Below are positions 61,871 through 64,000 of a DNA stretch of 64,000 nt, piece by piece (positions within the stretch are counted from its first letter, which is position 1; every line of letters starts with the position of its first letter). The notes under the pieces were generated by a model. The model searched no databases, was not told the DNA's origin, and saw only the letters and a program-made list of their open reading frames with translations. Both the position numbers and the translations under genes were made by a program. The DNA comes from Candidatus Marinacidobacterales bacterium (GTDB lineage Bacteria > Acidobacteriota > Vicinamibacteria > Marinacidobacterales > DATDRI01): the NCBI GenBank assembly GCA_965219415.1, contig CBDCNP010000002.1, forward strand, positions 576,001-640,000. Reading direction: 5' to 3'.

Positions 61871-62502
61871 CCGTGCTATTCAACTGAATCCCAGTTACGC
61901 GACCGCGCACCACTGGCTCGGAAGTCATTTCGCGAAGCTAGGGCGATTCGCCGAAGGCTTAGCAGAAATGGATCGTGCCCTAAAGCTCGACCCCTTGTCG
62001 CTTATCATCAATACCGAGCGAGGACAGGCTCTCTACTTGGCACGGCGCTACGGCGAGGCGGAAACCCAACTCACCGAAGCGCTCGCCTTGGACGAGGACT
62101 TCGCGCCAGCTCACTCCGTCCTTGCGTTGGTCTACCTTCAGACCCAGATGTACGAGCATGCGCTCGCGGCCCGCCGAGGCAGTACGGGAATTGGAGAAGG
62201 ACAGTCCGACCGGCCTAGTCTTAGCTGGCTTAGCTCATGCGGCGGCCGGTAGGAGCACCGAGGCAGGAGCCATACTAGACCAGCTCGCGAGGCTTGCCGG
62301 AAGACAATACGTCTCTCCGGTGCACCTGGCGACCCTTTCTGCCTACCTCGACGACCGAGAGGAGGCGTTGCGATGGATGGAGAAAGCCTTCGACGAGAGG
62401 GCTACCGACCTTCGCTTCCTCAAAGTCGATCCCCTGTTCGATCCAATTCGCTCCCATCCCCGTTTCCCTGAACTGCTTCGCCGCATGAATTTCCCAGAGT
62501 GA
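61871..62502 (+). pseudogene. C-terminal TPR remnant of a TolB-like/TPR regulator
   Basis: 'RAIQLNPSYATAHHWLG', 'ALKLDPLSLII', 'YVSP', 'LKVDPLFDPIRSHPRF.ELLRRM' across frames; no N-terminus. Confidence 0.7.
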
Positions 62503-62704
62503 GTGTGAAGCGCGGCACGCTTCGTTTCACAAACGTCTGGTCCGTTCAGAAGATGGAATCAACCGTTTTAGCAGTGTGAAAAGTTTCCGACTGCAGGCTG
62601 CGCGAACGGAGCGAGCACTAGAGAGGACGAGCAAGGCCCAAGTTCGTTGCGGGAGGTTTTGGGCGAGCACTATAATGCCGATAGCTCGAACCTGAGAGCA
62701 GGCC

Positions 62705-64000
62705 GTGCCGACGTCCCAATCGTCCACCCCCATACGCTTTGGGGACTTCGAAGTCGATCCGCGCGCCGGTGAGCTACGGAAGCACGGTCGCCTGATCAAG
62801 CTCCAAGAACAACCCATCCAACTCTTGCTCTTGCTCCTTCAGCATCCAGGCGAAGTCGTAACCCGGGAAGAGGCGCGAAACGCTCTCTGGAAAGACGATA
62901 CGTTCGTCGACTTCGACCATGGGCTCGGCGCGGCATTGAATCGTTTGCGCGCCGCCCTAGGCGACTCCGCAAGCAATCCTCGTTTCATCGAAACGCTGCC
63001 TCGCCACGGATATCGTTTCATTCTGCCAGTCGAGGACGCAGCAAACAGAAAAGACGCGGTGTCCACCGACGGCTCGCAAGAGCTCGCCGGCCGACCCGCG
63101 CAAAAAATCCTCCGGTACGCAACGGTCGGAACTCTTGCAACCGCCGTCCTCTTTGGAGCGACCTATCTCGCCCGGTGGCAGCTCTCACCCGTCCCAAACC
63201 CCGCGCAAGGGAAGGTCATGCTGGCGGTCCTGCCACTGGACAACTTCGATGGCGATCTGGAACGCGATTACTTCAGCGACGGGCTCACCGAGGAGATCAT
63301 CACTCACCTCGGCCAAGTGAATCCGAGGCGGCTGGGAGTCATCGCTCGCACATCCGTTATGGCTTACAAAGACTCGAACAAATCGATCGATCAGATCGGT
63401 CGGGAGCTGGGTGTGAGCTACGTGCTCGAGGGGAGCGTTCGGCGGGAGGGACAGCGGGTAAGGATCACCGCACAGCTCATTGAGGTCGCGGACCAGACAC
63501 ACCTCTGGGCCCAGACCTACGACCGTGATTTGCGTGAAGTCCTGGCTTTACAGAGTGACGTGTCCGGTCGCATCAGCCAAGCGCTGGCGGTCGAAGTACT
63601 CCCCGCTAACGATGGGACGCCATCTCGCCCCGCTGTGGTGCACCCTGCTGCCCACGAGGCTTACCTGAAAGGGCTCTACTTCCGGGACACCATGACCGAG
63701 GAAGGCTACAAAAAAGGCATCGAGTACTTCAAAGAGGCGGTCGAACTGGACAAGGACTTCGCCCCGGCCTACGCGGGTATGGCCGGGTGCCATTGTCTGC
63801 TGTCCGGACACGGACTCGAAGTGCTGCCCCCAAAGGAAGCCATGCCAGTAGCGAAGGTGGCGGCACAGAAAGCCCTCGAGTTAGACGATAGGCTCGCGGA
63901 AGCGCACGCGGTGATGGGAATGGTACATATGAAGTTCGACTGGGACTTTGAAGCCGCTGAGAAAGACTTCCGCCGTGCCATTGAGCTCAACTCGAGCTAC
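62705..64000 (+). CDS. Winged-helix (CadC/OmpR-type) - TM - TolB-like - TPR regulator, runs off the window
   Basis: Read from the sequence: 'RFGDFEVD..AGELRKHG..IKLQEQP', 'FVDFDHGL', 'PRFIETLPRHGYRF', 'LAVLPLDN', 'YFSDGLTEEII', 'VLEGSVRR', TPRs. Confidence 0.88.
   Translation, partial: MPTSQSSTPIRFGDFEVDPRAGELRKHGRLIKLQEQPIQLLLLLLQHPGEVVTREEARNALWKDDTFVDFDHGLGAALNRLRAALGDSASNPRFIETLPRHGYRFILPVEDAANRKDAVSTDGSQELAGRPAQKILRYATVGTLATAVLFGATYLARWQLSPVPNPAQGKVMLAVLPLDNFDGDLERDYFSDGLTEEIITHLGQVNPRRLGVIARTSVMAYKDSNKSIDQIGRELGVSYVLEGSVRREGQRVRITAQLIEVADQTHLWAQTYDRDLREVLALQSDVSGRISQALAVEVLPANDGTPSRPAVVHPAAHEAYLKGLYFRDTMTEEGYKKGIEYFKEAVELDKDFAPAYAGMAGCHCLLSGHGLEVLPPKEAMPVAKVAAQKALELDDRLAEAHAVMGMVHMKFDWDFEAAEKDFRRAIELNSSY

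Noticed and set aside
1-64000. rRNA, tRNA or CRISPR arrays
   Set aside because: No cloverleaf, rRNA-like segment or regularly spaced direct repeats were seen by eye; a tRNAscan/Infernal run would be needed to exclude them formally.

Overview
About 60% GC bacterial DNA. The gene content (ADOP permeases, wHTH-TolB-TPR regulator, kinase fusions, PQQ/VPS10 propellers, TonB receptor) points to Acidobacteriota; this is an inference. About a dozen genes carry single-base frameshifts, most likely from an unpolished long-read assembly. The most notable region is a co-oriented sulfur/redox island at ~34.1-50.3 kb. It opens with a divergent cbb3-type heme-copper module (CcoN lacks the helix-VII Tyr and has Asn at His+4; CcoO and CcoS present, no CcoP), followed by a CMD/AhpD protein, a rhodanese, a MetE-like Zn thiol transferase and OsmC. 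After an inserted IS110 and an HNH element comes a Cys-rich unknown protein and comA / ArgH-like / PurB-like / D-cysteine-desulfhydrase-like genes, in the order of the bacterial coenzyme M (xcbBCDE) pathway, coupled to a cytochrome c and a MauG/CCP-like diheme protein. No alkene monooxygenase is present in the window. Other notable features are an IS110 whose non-coding end has bridge-RNA-like guide matches, an ISL3 nested in the terminal repeat of an IS256 (both with target duplications) that disrupts a PQQ-propeller gene, a hammerhead-like three-way junction, a MazEF-type TA pair and a probable S9 peptidase-LRR fusion. No rRNA, tRNA or CRISPR array was seen.
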